Shown here: piece after piece, positions 26,818 through 39,729 of the stretch
How positions within the stretch are numbered: the stretch's first letter is position 1
Layout of the letters: each line of letters begins with the position of its first letter
The notes under the pieces: model-generated
Told to the model about the DNA's origin: nothing
Database searches by the model: none
What the model saw: the letters and a program-made list of their open reading frames with translations, nothing else
Program-made: the position numbers and the translations under genes
NCBI GenBank assembly: GCA_951406725.2
Contig: OX597828.1
Coordinates: 56,978,001-57,042,000, forward strand
DNA: 64,000 nucleotides
Direction: 5' to 3'
Source of the DNA: Octopus vulgaris
Taxonomy: Eukaryota

Positions 26818-27984
26818 ATGTATGTTAAATTCTTGTTATTTCTACCAACCGTCTTTGCGCTAGCAGCATCATGTAGCGAAGAAGTACTGTTACAAAAGGA
26901 TTTGCTAACAGATTACAATAAATATACAAGACCTGTACGAAATATAAATACAACTGTATTTGTTGATGTACGTGCATCTCTAAATAAACTTTATGATTTC
27001 AATGTATTTAAAGGAATACTCGTTGCAGAAGTATATATTATAATGCGCTGGAAAGATGAATATCTTTGCTGGAACAAAACAGAGTATGGAAACGCAGAAA
27101 GTATCCTTTTACCTAAGGCTAACATTTGGACACCCAATATTTATATATGTAATGCTATCAGAATCATTGGCAATCATCGTTATGAACGTCAGGTTACGGT
27201 ATGGCGGAATGGAAATGTAGAAGAAGAATCGTTTTATACATACCAACTATTCTGCAACGTTGATAATTCTCGATATCCGTTTGACGCACAACTTTGCCGC
27301 ACGTATATATGCCTACCTTATCAAAATGACAACTTAACCCTGATTAAATCACTTCGTACAAATCCAGTAAGTGATATGGAAGGATGGCATATTGACACGA
27401 GTACTGAACCGCTGAAAACATACAATGGCCAACAATTCGCAACTCTATCAATACGCTTAACCCGCACAGCTGTTATTAGCAGATTAATTATTATTTTACC
27501 GCCGATCATGCTGACGGTTTTAATAACATGCGCGTTTTTCTTACCAGCATCTGCAGGAGAGAAAGTAACATTTTCAACAACTGTTTTTCTTTCTAATATG
27601 GTTTATTTAATCGACAATACCAACTTACTAACAAATACAGACGGGAAACTATGTTTGTTCCTGTTGTACCTAATGGGGCTGACAATCATGGGAGGAATTT
27701 CATGCATTAGTTCGATTTTGTTAAGTAGGATTTATATTTATCAGACTATACCGAGAACAACTGCAAAAATTAGTCCAATATCAACGGCAACAACGGAGAA
27801 AGAATCGAAAATAATTACTCGGGACACAAAATATTCCTTACCAAGAATATCATCATTAGAAGAGAGCAAAACCTCATTGAATGGAATGACGCGATGGGAA
27901 AAACTTGACAGATTCTTTTTTGTTCTGTCAACAACAATATTCATGATATTTACTTTGACTTTTGCAATACTTTATTCTCAATGA
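26818..27984 (+). CDS. Atypical nAChR-like Cys-loop channel subunit, CR family-like, 388 aa, single coding exon (gene 2)
   Basis: Signal peptide, YNKYTRPVRN, WKDEYLCWN, WTPNI, Cys-loop C-NVDNSRYPFDAQL-C, M1-M4 with cation-channel GEK before M2 and 9' Leu, and LDRFFF before M4. No vicinal loop-C cysteines. Confidence 0.95.
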   Translation: MYVKFLLFLPTVFALAASCSEEVLLQKDLLTDYNKYTRPVRNINTTVFVDVRASLNKLYDFNVFKGILVAEVYIIMRWKDEYLCWNKTEYGNAESILLPKANIWTPNIYICNAIRIIGNHRYERQVTVWRNGNVEEESFYTYQLFCNVDNSRYPFDAQLCRTYICLPYQNDNLTLIKSLRTNPVSDMEGWHIDTSTEPLKTYNGQQFATLSIRLTRTAVISRLIIILPPIMLTVLITCAFFLPASAGEKVTFSTTVFLSNMVYLIDNTNLLTNTDGKLCLFLLYLMGLTIMGGISCISSILLSRIYIYQTIPRTTAKISPISTATTEKESKIITRDTKYSLPRISSLEESKTSLNGMTRWEKLDRFFFVLSTTIFMIFTLTFAILYSQ

Positions 27985-28120
27985 ATTTGATTAACGTTTC
28001 AATAACTGTAAAACTGATGTGGCTTATTATATGTAAAAGTAGTTTATAATGTATGGAATTGCTCACCCGCATTTATTCATAAGGACACTCGCATATGTGC
28101 GTATGAGTGTATGTGTGACT

Positions 28121-28196
<76 letters not shown>

Positions 28197-28237
28197 TTCT
28201 GTGTGTGTTCGTATGCGTGCATGTATATATATAAATA

Positions 28238-29268
28238 TACTAGCATTAAAGACCCGTCGTTGCCGGGTCATAGTGCTAGTGCATGTATATAAGTGTAGAT
28301 ATATGTGTACATATTACATGTACATCTATAAATATACATCTACACATAAAATACAAAATACAAAGTTATATCTTGATATCGCTAGTGATAACAATACTCA
28401 AAATATATAACAGACTGGAATTGTTAGCCCGTCTCTTGTAACTTCAATCAATTGTATCTTGTCCTCCCTCTTGTATAGAAGTGTGGCTACAATCCAGCCT
28501 ACCTCTACTTCCGGGGGGGGGGGGGCATTTTACATTTTTTTCCGGGACGGCCTACTTCCCAGATATAAAGGTAAAAATAAAATATTTCCACTTTGCAAGT
28601 TCGAGTCGAGTACTCCCTTACACACTCCCTTGACTCGAACCTTGCTTCTATTGTGGCGAATTTACCGCCTCTGATTAAATACATTTCATAGTCGCACCAA
28701 GACACTTTTCAAAGGTGCTTTCTTCCATGTGTTCAGATATTCTTTTTTCTCTAAATTGTATACTGTATAGACAATAGTCTTTTCTTTAATTTAATTTTTT
28801 ATTATCCATCTGGATTATTCCATTTCTGCACGCTAATTTTATTTTTAATTTATTCCCATTCACGTGAAACCACTTATTCAAGTTCAAATCATTAATGCAA
28901 TTTTGTACCAATTGCTATTTTTACTTTTGTCATGTTACTTTAGTTTGATTTTAATTATTACTTACTACATATAATTCAATTTTTATTATTATTTTTATTG
29001 TTAAAGTGAAAGTATCTGACATAAAATAGAGAAACGTTTTTGTTTCACTTTTAACACGTAATACTGAAATAGTGGAGAAGATATGATATTGCTATGGGCT
29101 CGCTCTAGGCAAGAAGTTTAACATTTTTTTTTTGCCCATGAAACTACATGGACCCTAAGTAAGGCATGTATAAAATTTGAATGGAATTGGTTGTGTAGTT
29201 CTCAAGTTTTAGGGAAACACACACAGAGACAGACAGACACACATTCTCAGTTTTATATATATAAAGAT
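28238..29268. mobile_element. Helentron-associated (HINE/DINE-1-like) non-autonomous element
   Basis: One end is ACTAGC..GACCCGtcgttgcCGGGTC (hairpin); the other is (CAGA)n..TTTTATATATATAAAGAT. A fragment lies at about 15214-15265. Confidence 0.6.
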
Positions 29269-29294
29269 ATATATATATATATACATGTATATAC

Positions 29295-29351
<57 letters not shown>

Positions 29352-30305
29352 TAGGATATGCATGATATACATATATATACATATATATGATGTATATATA
29401 TGTGTATGTGGGGGGGTGTTTCTCTGTGTGGGGGTGTATATATGCACACTCACAATTCCGCAAACACACAGACATGCATTTATATGTATATATGTATGTC
29501 TATATGTGTGTATACATGAATATATTACTAGACGTTGGTGTTGAAATATGAGCATATATTGAGTACTAAATTTTAATTGTTTGGCTGAATGAATTGTTTT
29601 TGCCAAGTGCTAGGTTCATCGAATGGAATATCTATAATCCTTCTGCTCTTCACCTTATATGATACGCACTAATTCACTTGTGTATTCACTTGTGTATTCA
29701 CTTATCGAAAATTTGATTGCTCGTTGTCTTTATTAATTGTAAAGCATTTTGTAAGAATTCATTCAATTAAATGTTATTTGTTCCTTTAACATGTGTAACT
29801 ATATTAAGTTTCGACCATGCTGAGACGACGCCTTTAACCTTGTGAGTTCCTTGAAAAATTGACATTCAGATTCGTACTTATGAGCCGGAAACGTAGATAG
29901 ACATATAACATTTCTCTTTGTCACTCTGACTCTCTCTCTCTCTCTATCTATCTATCTCTCCCTCTCTCTCTATCTCTCTCTCTCTCATGCTATCACTCTG
30001 TCGCTTCCTCTCTCAATCTCCTTATTCATCACCCTCTTGTACTATCTTATATCCCTACCCACCCTCATGCACTCAATAACACTAAAAAATGGTCAAAAGT
30101 TTTCCACAGGAACTTAGTTCAATTTGAAAAATCCAACAGAATGGACGAAAGCGCTCTATATATGATATATGATATAAGTTATAAGATGTATATAAACATG
30201 TAATATACAAATAAATATCTGTAAATATAAAACCATCCGAATTTCTGAGTACCTCATTTCTTCTAATATAAAATACCTGTACATCACGTATATATATATA
30301 TATAT

Positions 30306-30364
<59 letters not shown>

Positions 30365-30455
30365 GGCCTCTAAAAGAAGAAGCAAGTACTAGATACACAA
30401 AAAGTGGATAAATTCAATGAAAGGAAAATCAAAAACGTTTACAAACTCGGCTCAT

Positions 30456-30529
30456 CTTATACTGCAGTTTCGTCTTTTTTTTAGCAGAAAAAATATAATT
30501 TATCTGCCAAGGCTAGACTCTTCAGTAAG
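30456..30529 (-). ncRNA. Type I hammerhead ribozyme
   Basis: Stem I CUUA/UAAG; CUGAAGA; stem II GUCU/AGAC plus an inner UUGGCAGA/UCUGCUAA helix; GAAA; palindromic stem III ACUGCAGU; GUA triplet. Confidence 0.85.
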
Positions 30530-30981
30530 CAGCCTTTGTTATCCTAGAAGTACATATCGTTAGAAGCATGTGCGATTCTAACGACTTGCATTCTCTAACT
30601 TTTCAGACCGGTGCGCAGACGCAAAAACATACCCGGCTAACAGAGAGGATGCCGGTATAAGGTCTACGAGTAAATTTATCGAGTAATATGTAAACATAGT
30701 AAAAAGGGTAATAAAATAAATTATAATTACCAGTGATCTAGCACAAAAGACAAATTAGTCATTAGACTATATGTTATTCATATATAAGTACATTAAAAGG
30801 CCTCTAAAAGAAGAAACAAGTACAGATACGCAGAAAGTGGATAAATTCAATGAAATGAAAATCAAAAACGTTATCCTAGAAGTACATATCGTTAGAAGCA
30901 TGTGCGATTCTACCGACTTGCATTCTCTAACTTTTCCGACCAGTGCGCAGACGCAAAAACATACCCGGCTAACAGAGGCTG

Positions 30982-31057
30982 CTTACTGAAGAGTCTAGCC
31001 TTGGCAGATAAATTATATTTTTCTGCTAAAAAAAAAAAGACGAAACTGCTGTATAAG
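30982..31057 (+). ncRNA. Type I hammerhead ribozyme (inverted copy of 30456-30529)
   Basis: CUUA-CUGAAGA-GUCU...AGAC-GAAA-CUGCUGU-A-UAAG, with one substitution in the stem III palindrome. Confidence 0.8.
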
Positions 31058-31294
31058 ATGAGCCGAGTTTGTAAACGTTTTTGATTTTCATTTCATTTAA
31101 TTCATCCACTTTTTGTGTATCCAGTACTTGCTTCTTCTTTTAGAGGCCTTTTAATGTACTTATATATGAATAACATATAGTCTAATGACTAATTTGTCTT
31201 TTGTGCTAGATCACTGGTAATAATAATTTATTTTATTACCCTTTTTACTATGTATATATATAAATATATACATATGTATATACATATATATATA

Positions 31295-31487
31295 GTTAAT
31301 CCAAACAAAAAAGCACAAAAAACACAACAACGCGAGGACGTGGAACAAATATAGTATTATTGGACGCTCAGGAAAGAAGGAGAGTTTAACGTTTCGAGCG
31401 GAGCTCTTCGTCGGAAACATAGGAGAAGGAAAGATCCAGAGAAGGGAAGACAGAGGAAAAGAAATCGCCAACGGTACACACGCGGTC
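31295..31487 (-). mobile_element. ~200-bp hammerhead-bearing repeat in (TA)n, copy 2
   Basis: GTTAATCCAAAC...CGCGAGGACGTGGAACAA...GGACGCTCAGGAAAG...CGCGGTC shared with 5548-5753. Confidence 0.8.
31384..31418 (-). ncRNA. Minimal type I hammerhead-like motif (U4C variant)
   Basis: GUUU-CCGACGA-A-GAGC-UCC-GCUC-GAAA-CGU-U-AAAC: stem I 4 bp, stem II 4 bp, palindromic ACGU stem III, GUU triplet. Confidence 0.65.
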
Positions 31488-32834
31488 GTATGTATGTATG
31501 TATGTATGTATGTATTTATGTATGTATGTATATGTGTATGTATATGTATAACGAGACACGGAGACAGAGTGAGGAAGACTGAGAGAGGAAGAGTGAGAGA
31601 GAGAAATGCTATATGTTTATGTATGCGTGTATATGTATATATTTGTGAACAGATTACTTATCTATTTCGTTTTTATTATTGTCTTTGCCTAATTTGCCTT
31701 TCATGCTTTCAGGTTCGATAAAACGAGTACCAGTTGAACACTGAGGTAATTGACTAATCGCCTTCCTCGAACGTGGTGGCCATGTGTCAAACATTCAATT
31801 AATAATTTGCATTCACATCACCACATACAAATTATTCAAGCACAAACCATGTATCTTTGTTTCGCCGCACTATTAAAGGCGTTTCCACCTTACTTATTGC
31901 TCTTCATGCATTCCACAACACATTCCACCTAGCTCCTGCCATGTGTTTTATCATAAAACTTATATGCCCCTACACTCACTTACCCATGAATACATTTTCA
32001 CCAAGTGGGACTAAAATTGTATTCACAAACACCAACAGCTCCAGTCTTTGTTACGATCACAGTCATACTTCTACACTAGCGGATTATACGCATATAGTCA
32101 CCATACTAACAAATGCCAGATACCCTTATGTCCGCTTTTAGACAGAAACACCAAATTACAAGCATCTAAACATTAGCATTCCCATGCTAATCTTTGTGCA
32201 TTCCTCTCCCCATATTCTCCTGAAGCTGTGCATTAGACATTTGATATTTTTTGTGGCTAATGTTCGTCCCTCGTGAATTTACTTCTGTTGTGACAATCGA
32301 TTTAAACTTTAAACTTATTCATGCCGCCAAGTGTAATTTTAAATGAGGCTTGGCAATTTCACAAACGTACATGCATTCAAAATAAACTGAACTCTACCTG
32401 TTGAAATTCTTTCGTAATAACTTTCTGAACAATAAAACTTTCTACAGATATAAAAGTTTCAACAAATAGGTTACAGTTTGCATAAATTACGAGCATATAT
32501 TACGAGAATTCGCTGTGAAATGTTTATTAGAGGAAGGCAGTCGAGAGTATTTTTGATAATTACCAAGCTGCAGAATTTGTTCCGCGTGCGTTTAGATGTT
32601 TTAGATTACATTGACAAAAAGAAATACGTTGGATGACTATTCTACGCTTTTCTTTTTGGAAATTGTTCAATGTGTATGTCTTTTAAAATGTAATTTCTTA
32701 GGATTATAGCATGAGGAAGAGCGATACCAAAAATTCCCCTCTGTAACTTATTTGCTTCAAACTATGCCGGAAACATAAGAAATTTTTATTTTATTATAAA
32801 TGTTCATTTAGCGAGGTCCTTAAAAACAGATTCA

Positions 32835-32897
32835 GCCACAGATCTTATGACTTCATAATTAGTGCACAAAATGCACTTTTTAATCATCAGTGATGGC
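32835..32897 (-). ncRNA. Degenerate hammerhead (inverted copy of 33271-33330)
   Basis: CUGAUGA intact, GAAA changed to GAAG, stem III GUCAUAAGAU, stem I GCCA(U)CA/UGUGGC. Confidence 0.55.
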
Positions 32898-33270
32898 ATA
32901 ATGAAGACATAAAATTATGGTAGTTGTGACTTTAAGAGTCCCTTATAGCGTGTTACATTTATGTATAGTAATGCTCGTAATATAAATAAATATATCTAAA
33001 GAGAATAATTCAAAATTTCTCCCTTATGAGGTTTTTCATGCTAACTACTTGATACATTCTTATAAAGATCTTATCCTATTTTAAATTGAACCGGAATACA
33101 TTCACTGCTAATTTATTCTCAATATCCATGTGTACCAAGATGCAATTCGAAAAGCACGCATGTTACATAGATATATAAGAGTGAACAACGGTATGTACTA
33201 TGATGGATACATTTGGTGTTCGTCTGGTATGCTGATTTTTTCTTCATTTTTTTATGTGCCCTTATTATGC

Positions 33271-33330
33271 CTGTACTGATGATTAAAAAGTGCACTTTGT
33301 GCACTAGTTATGAAATCATATGATCTGCGG
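33271..33330 (+). ncRNA. Type I hammerhead ribozyme fold
   Basis: CUGUA-CUGAUGA-(AGUGCAC/GUGCACU stem II)-GAAA; palindromic stem III AUCAUAUGAU; AUC triplet; UGCGG. Basal stem II pair is U-U. Confidence 0.7.
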
Positions 33331-33562
33331 CTGAATCTGTTTTTAAGGAGCTCGCTCCGAGAGTTGCATTCCCTCGCGATCTGTACACTATTAGTTATGG
33401 TAGCTTCGACTTTAAGCCTCCCTCATAGCGAGCATTTATGAATAGTAATGCTCTTAATATAAATAAATATATTTACAGGGAATAATTAAAAATGTTTTCC
33501 TTATGCGGTTTTTCAGCTGACTACTTGATAAATTCTTATAACGATTTTATCCTCTTTTAAAA

Positions 33563-33598
<36 letters not shown>

Positions 33599-33606
33599 AA
33601 AGAATG

Positions 33607-33647
<41 letters not shown>

Positions 33648-33682
33648 TGCATTTGGTAAACGGAAGCCGAAAGAAGCCCGTC

Positions 33683-33775
<93 letters not shown>

Positions 33776-33979
33776 TGTTTGTGTGTCTGTGTTTGTCCCC
33801 CCAACATCACTTGACAACTGATGCTGGTGCGCTTACCTCCTCGTAACTTAGCGGTTCGGCAAAACAAACCGATAGAATAAGTACTAGGCTTACAAAGAAT
33901 AAGTCCTGGGGTCCATTTGCTCGACTAAAGGCGATGATCCAGCATGGCCACAGTCTGAAACAAGTAAAAGAGTAAAAGA

Positions 33980-34027
<48 letters not shown>

Positions 34028-34100
34028 ATAATTAAAATCTTAGGGTAGCAAGAATATTTATCGAAAGAAATTCTTAGTTACCAGTGGTCTAGCGAGAAGG

Positions 34101-34131
<31 letters not shown>

Positions 34132-35607
34132 TATATATACACGTTCATATTCAATATAATATACATATGAAAAAAATCATATTAAATATATTAAATGTAT
34201 GGGCAAATAAATTCAAAACTGAATCATTCTGTAGCCCATCACTCGCTATATGTTCATTACGTTTAGGCTGTGTATTGGTGTGGTAATTTGCAACAAAATT
34301 TCTTTCCTGAAACCAAATGATGATACATGAAAACAGATTTCTTATCAACATTTAATATATTACCATTTTCAGGTTCTAAATTGGTAAAATAACTTATGTT
34401 CTTAACAATGCCGATTAAGCTTAATATTACGTGAATTTCAGTTGAAATATCTTTCACACTTATATAATTATCTATGTTGTATATGTAGTAGTTGCCTTGT
34501 TCATACAGTCAGCTTTAGAAGTGAAGTCTTGTCGACGTTGATTTGATCGCAGTTGAGAAACAACTTATTACCTGGTATATGAGGTTTGTTCCTGATAAAT
34601 TTCATTTTGTAGTTGAGTTGTATCAACTCATCTTATGAATCACCCAATAAAAATATCATGGAAAATATAAAATATAGGAAATAAGCTGTAGTACAATTTA
34701 TGTCTACAGTACACCATATATTAAACAAAATTATATTAAATCTATATTAAAATTGAACGACAGTAAATGGGGATTAGCATGCCAGTCTAAGCTATGAATT
34801 GTATGTGTTCATACAAACATTTGATAAAATAATGATTTACTATCTTCATAAGGAACACTCATTTAGAGCTGGATATCTTTCAAAGACTTGAAGAATATTC
34901 ATTATATACATGTAACAAAACTCTTTTAGAATATACTACTGTTACACGTTTCTCTTCTTTTCTAATGCGCAAAGTACCAAATGTAATCACTTGAATCGGC
35001 AGTATTACACACCGAATATTCAATATGCTAAAAGATAAGATTTGTCATCATTCGTGAACGAGATAAGAAGACCAATGAAAAATACTAGCTCCTATATAGT
35101 GCTGCATTTATCTATCTATATTCATAGTAAAATAAATACTTTGAAAAGGTGAAATTCATTCTAACAATGTCTGGCAACTTATAGGCTCTGTACAGATACA
35201 GAAGATTTTATGTGTATATTACCAGAATCTTAGGAAATATTATTTGATGAATGAAACAATCTTTACATTAACTTAATATATTTTCGTTTCGTTTCACAAT
35301 AGTCTGTTGTTTTACAATCGTTAAGAGTGTTTTGTGCATTCATTTCGTGCAGTAGTATTCTGTAATTATCAGTTGTTGCTCCTGGCTAAAACCAAACTAT
35401 TTTGTAGACGTTGACATTAGTCAAGAAACCAAGGAATTAATACTATTTTGATGAAAGAATCACCAAGAATATGCAGCCATATTTCATTAAACTATGCAAA
35501 CAAATGATATGATTATTTTTCAGTGGATCGTCTAAAGATTTTGTATTTTTGTATTATTTGTTCCTATACATGGTGTGAGCTGAAGGGAAAATTGCTAACT
35601 TTATATA

Positions 35608-35819
35608 CGAAGATGTGCTGAAATGTTCCTGGCTTTAATGGCATTGCGAAAGGCGTGGTTCCAGGCCCAACTTTTCGAGTTCTTTTACAGGGCTTAGAAA
35701 AACAGAAGCATCACCGCAATGCGTATCTGAGAGGGGAATATGTTTTTATAAAATCATAAATATTTGATCCTCCTGTATGTTCTTTTACCCAACGCCAGGA
35801 GATTTTCAGCAACCCCACG
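35608..35819. mobile_element. Mariner-type MITE
   Basis: Imperfect TIRs (CGAAGATGTGCTGAAATGTTCCTGGC / GCCAGGAGATTTTCAGCAACCCCACG) with flanking TA. Confidence 0.65.
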
Positions 35820-38358
35820 TAGATCAGGCTGATGCTTTAGTAATGCTAAATAGAATGGAAAAATTATGAAAGTGGATTTTGTTTGATATGCTAATTGAAC
35901 ATCCTCTCTATTCAGCAAATCTATAAGAGGATATGAGGTTAGCGCAATGAAGATACATGGTGGGTTGATCGATTAGTCCGAAAATGCAACACATTCCTCT
36001 GACAACTCTATGCGGTTCGACGGACTTATTTGCCTATTGCATATTAGAGTTGTTAAGTGTAGAAAACATGAAAGAGAAGTTATTTCTTCGTATTTCACAA
36101 TAATTCTATAAAATCAGGGTGTTTAAAATCAAGCGCAGTGCAATTTATCAAAAACATATACAAATCCTGACATATCAAAATTACAATAAAGTATTTCTAC
36201 CACACGTGTATATTAAATAAAAACAGTAATAAAGCAATTTGCACGAATTTGTCGTCATTTTAGATGGATATATTACTATAAATTTACGCAAGACATCATA
36301 CATTTCCACTAACGTTTTCATATTTACTTTGGAATTCAGTTTTGTTTACTTATTATCTTATTCATAACTGGGTTCTCTTTCAAGTAAATGTCTTATTGAC
36401 GGCCTGGCTAAGTCGAAGAATATTATTATCTCCACATATTTTGACTTAGCTGATGTTCCGAAATAAAGGCATATCTTGTTTAGGCAGGCTGCCTAAATTG
36501 ACAAGCGACTATGGCATGTGTGTTTTTAGAACATTTAGAAAGAAGAAAAGTTATATAAATGAAGTGAAATTTTCCTCTTTCTTCTATATCTTACATGTCA
36601 TCGGTACCGCGATAATTCTAAAAATATTAATCAAGTCTCTCTCAAACCACACTGTGGCATCTTACAAACAAATGAACAGATGTATTCAGAATCTAATATA
36701 TCTAAGCTCAAATGCTACGATGGTTACGCCCAGAATTTCTTTACACCTAGGCCTGGTAGATCAGAAGCTAATATTGATTACAAAGGAAGAACAACCGACG
36801 CCGAAACCTGGCATTTGTGTAACTATTAAAGGTAGCATATCACACAAATACAGACAGAGTAGTGGGATATCAAAAGAGCTGTCAGTTCTAGTTGGTGTAA
36901 TTGTTTAGTGCTTTGTGTCACATTAACGGTAGTTAAATTAATTACTACTTCAGCATGAGTCGACAAGGATTATTGGAATATAATGCTATGCTTATGGAAT
37001 ATAAAGACAACAACCCCAAATCAATGCAGTTAACAGAAAGTGAAGGCAATGATAAAGGCCACATTTACGAAAATTCACATATTCTGAATACATGTTTTAT
37101 AGAGTTTCTATTTAATTTGTTGCTCCTCTCGATTAGAGTTTCGATTTACATGATTGTCGTTCATGTGAAACTGAAAGCATAAACTTCTAGGAATTACAAC
37201 TGTGTTTCGTGGTCTGCTACCACAACAACTCCTTTATAGGATCCAGTTAGCTCAAGACAACAGAGGAACGACATCCGGTTTCGGCCCCTACTCCTCTACC
37301 GTTTTGACGTCCCCCCCCCACCTTTCGGAGATGTCTTTAGCTCTGGTGTTGGATGCATGTCTTCTTCGTTTTTATGTTCGATGTATCGTCAGCGAGTGTC
37401 AGCCGGTGACTGACAGACTTGTCAATTTTTTCCATTTAAATAAGAAATGAAACCTAACCCTGTTTCGGTACCCAGGTAGAGATACGTCATTCCATTTGTT
37501 AAAAAGTGTCGTTCATTAAATATTTTGTGAATAAACTCCAGCTCGACGGAATCTGCATGCAATATTTTGTTTTATCAATACCAGCTTATAAAGCAAGCTA
37601 GTAAAAAAAAAAAAAAAATCCTATTCGATTGAATACATCGTTATGCGAGATAAATGTTCTGGTTCAATTGCTATAATTTTCATTTTACTCGCAGCTCATA
37701 TTTTAGAAATATGTTATAAGAATCTTTTCCGGTTGTAAGTTTTCTGATAGATTTATCGTCCATCTAGATCTGCTGGTATTTTTTGTTATCTAATCAGTAA
37801 TTTTATGCCATGGCATATTAAAGAACGTCAAATTGGTATAAAATGGAATAATATGTCTTATTGGTTATTGTAATGTATTATATCCACTTAAGTTTCCAAA
37901 CACTGCGCATCATCATGAAACTTTTCCCATAAGCTTCTTTATAATGCTTGCTTCAAGCATACAATTCCATTAGTCGGGAATTATTTCAGCGTGCTTGGCC
38001 TTTAATCGATTAAACCTGCAGCACTATACTGGAAGGATCAAGTCCTTCGTATGTCTCTCCTCAAAAAATGCTGTTGATTCTATTAAACATTTGAGTGGAA
38101 TAAAACCATTCATAATGGAGTACCAAGCAGTATGCCAACGTTCCGGGAATCAAAGTTATGATATATCGATCTTCAAACCAAAACTACATCTGGCATCACT
38201 ATTTCCTTTGTTGTTTCAGTTGAGTTATTTCTAGTATTCGTCAGCTTACAAGTCATGCATTACACTCCACAATCATTCCTTGACATATCTTATCTTATTC
38301 CTTGACATATCTTATTTTATATCATGAATAATATTCATAATATTATTTATTCCTCAAT

Positions 38359-38820
38359 ACTTACTTACTTGTACTTATGGCGACATTCACCCTAGGCGGG
38401 TGGAATCGGCTTCTTCTACCACCCTCGAGGCATCTCGAACCATGGCAGCCCACGCACGACGGTCCTGCGCCAGTTCACTGGAGATAGCGAGCCAGTCACG
38501 GTTCCATCGGCGCAGGCTGACCACCTGTGGACCCGTGAGCACGGAGAGGTCCTCCTTGATCGTCGTAACCCAGGTCTTCAGCTGCCCGCCCGCGCATTTC
38601 CACCAGTTGGGAAGTGGAGTTGGGAGAAAGACATCACGGCCCAGTTCACCCACCGGACGCCTTAAATGCATGGCCAAACCACCGCAAACGCCGTTGCAGA
38701 AGGACAGATGGAAGGGGCCGCAGAGATAGGCGAAGTCGGAGATTGGCAGTGGGAACTCGATCCACCCGACGGCAGCGAAGAATGCACCGGAGGCAGTCAT
38801 TGTCGAAGACTTCCAGCCTT
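38359..38820 (-). mobile_element. RTE-type LINE 3' end
   Basis: GGQLKTWVTTIKEDL...LAQDRRAWAAMV, with a (TAAG)n tail. GC-rich relative to flanks. Confidence 0.8.
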
Positions 38821-39729
38821 CCTCAATATTTAACAGTCACTAATAGATAAGTCAAAATGTAGTGTTTCAAGCCAAAGTTAAGTGAAAATATGCTAAATAT
38901 CTTTTATTTAACGCCATCAGAAATGGCTTTCGTGTTCCCATCAATCAGACATTGGTAGTCGATAATTTGCTGAACTTCAGCATCAGTACCAAAGTGTCAC
39001 GCTATCTCTAATTGCGTGTTCCTGTATCATAGTTTCCGTTTTTAATTTCCTAACGTTCGGGATTTTCAAATAAGCATGATAAATCTTCGATGTTTCTCTC
39101 GCTACAATATTAATCCTGCTTATCAGATATTTGTCGTAAATTAGCTACAGGCAATACACAGCCGCCCAGTATCAAGAAAGCAAATATTATAATAAAATAC
39201 TGAGGATTTTAGAACGTCGATGTTTACATAGCAGTTACTTTGAACACAATAGAAATGACAAAGGAAATTGTTGTTTTTTTTTACTTTTCGGTAGACTCAT
39301 GAAGGATGTTACTAGTATAAGACTGTACACATTGTTTCTCGATTTCCCCAAAACCTACGTTATAAACCACACCATATTTCCAGAATAGAGTTATATTTAT
39401 CATCACTTCTGCGACTCACAACGCTATAGAAATAGATATATTTGCCTCTCTAGGCGCCGATTTGCAGGCCCACTGATAGTTATTGGTTGATGTTTGCCCA
39501 TCGTCTTCGAAAACAGTGTCGATCACCTGTATATGGTTGGCACTCGATAAACTGAGATAATGACATATGTGTAAGGCAGTACGATTAACTCACATTTTAC
39601 TTTGCGCCGGATGATTCTCCATATTTCTGGTGAGAACAGTAACACCTCAACCGTCATTAATTACAGATTTGATGAGAGAGTGCATTAAGATACTTCCTGT
39701 ATGATATAAAACGATTCGTATATGTGACT

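Larger units (their letters stand above)
30358..31253. mobile_element. Rearranged fold-back element with two opposed hammerheads (Penelope pLTR/retrozyme-like)
   Basis: Module order A B C D E A C B' A' E' (prime = reverse complement), flanked by (TA)n. Confidence 0.8.
32810..33565. repeat. Combined inverted/direct duplication with two opposed hammerheads
   Basis: 32810-32892 is the reverse complement of about 33274-33357; 32915-33087 is a direct diverged copy of about 33395-33565. Confidence 0.8.

Noticed and set aside
30541-30650. Possible second ribozyme in module C (CUGAAAA..GAUA on minus; twister-like on plus)
   Set aside because: Core substitutions, no stem I and no pseudoknot pairing found.
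36453-36908. 151-aa ORF
   Set aside because: No recognisable motif or similarity to the receptors. No CR pseudogene was seen by eye in 28-63 kb; tBLASTn would be needed to exclude one.
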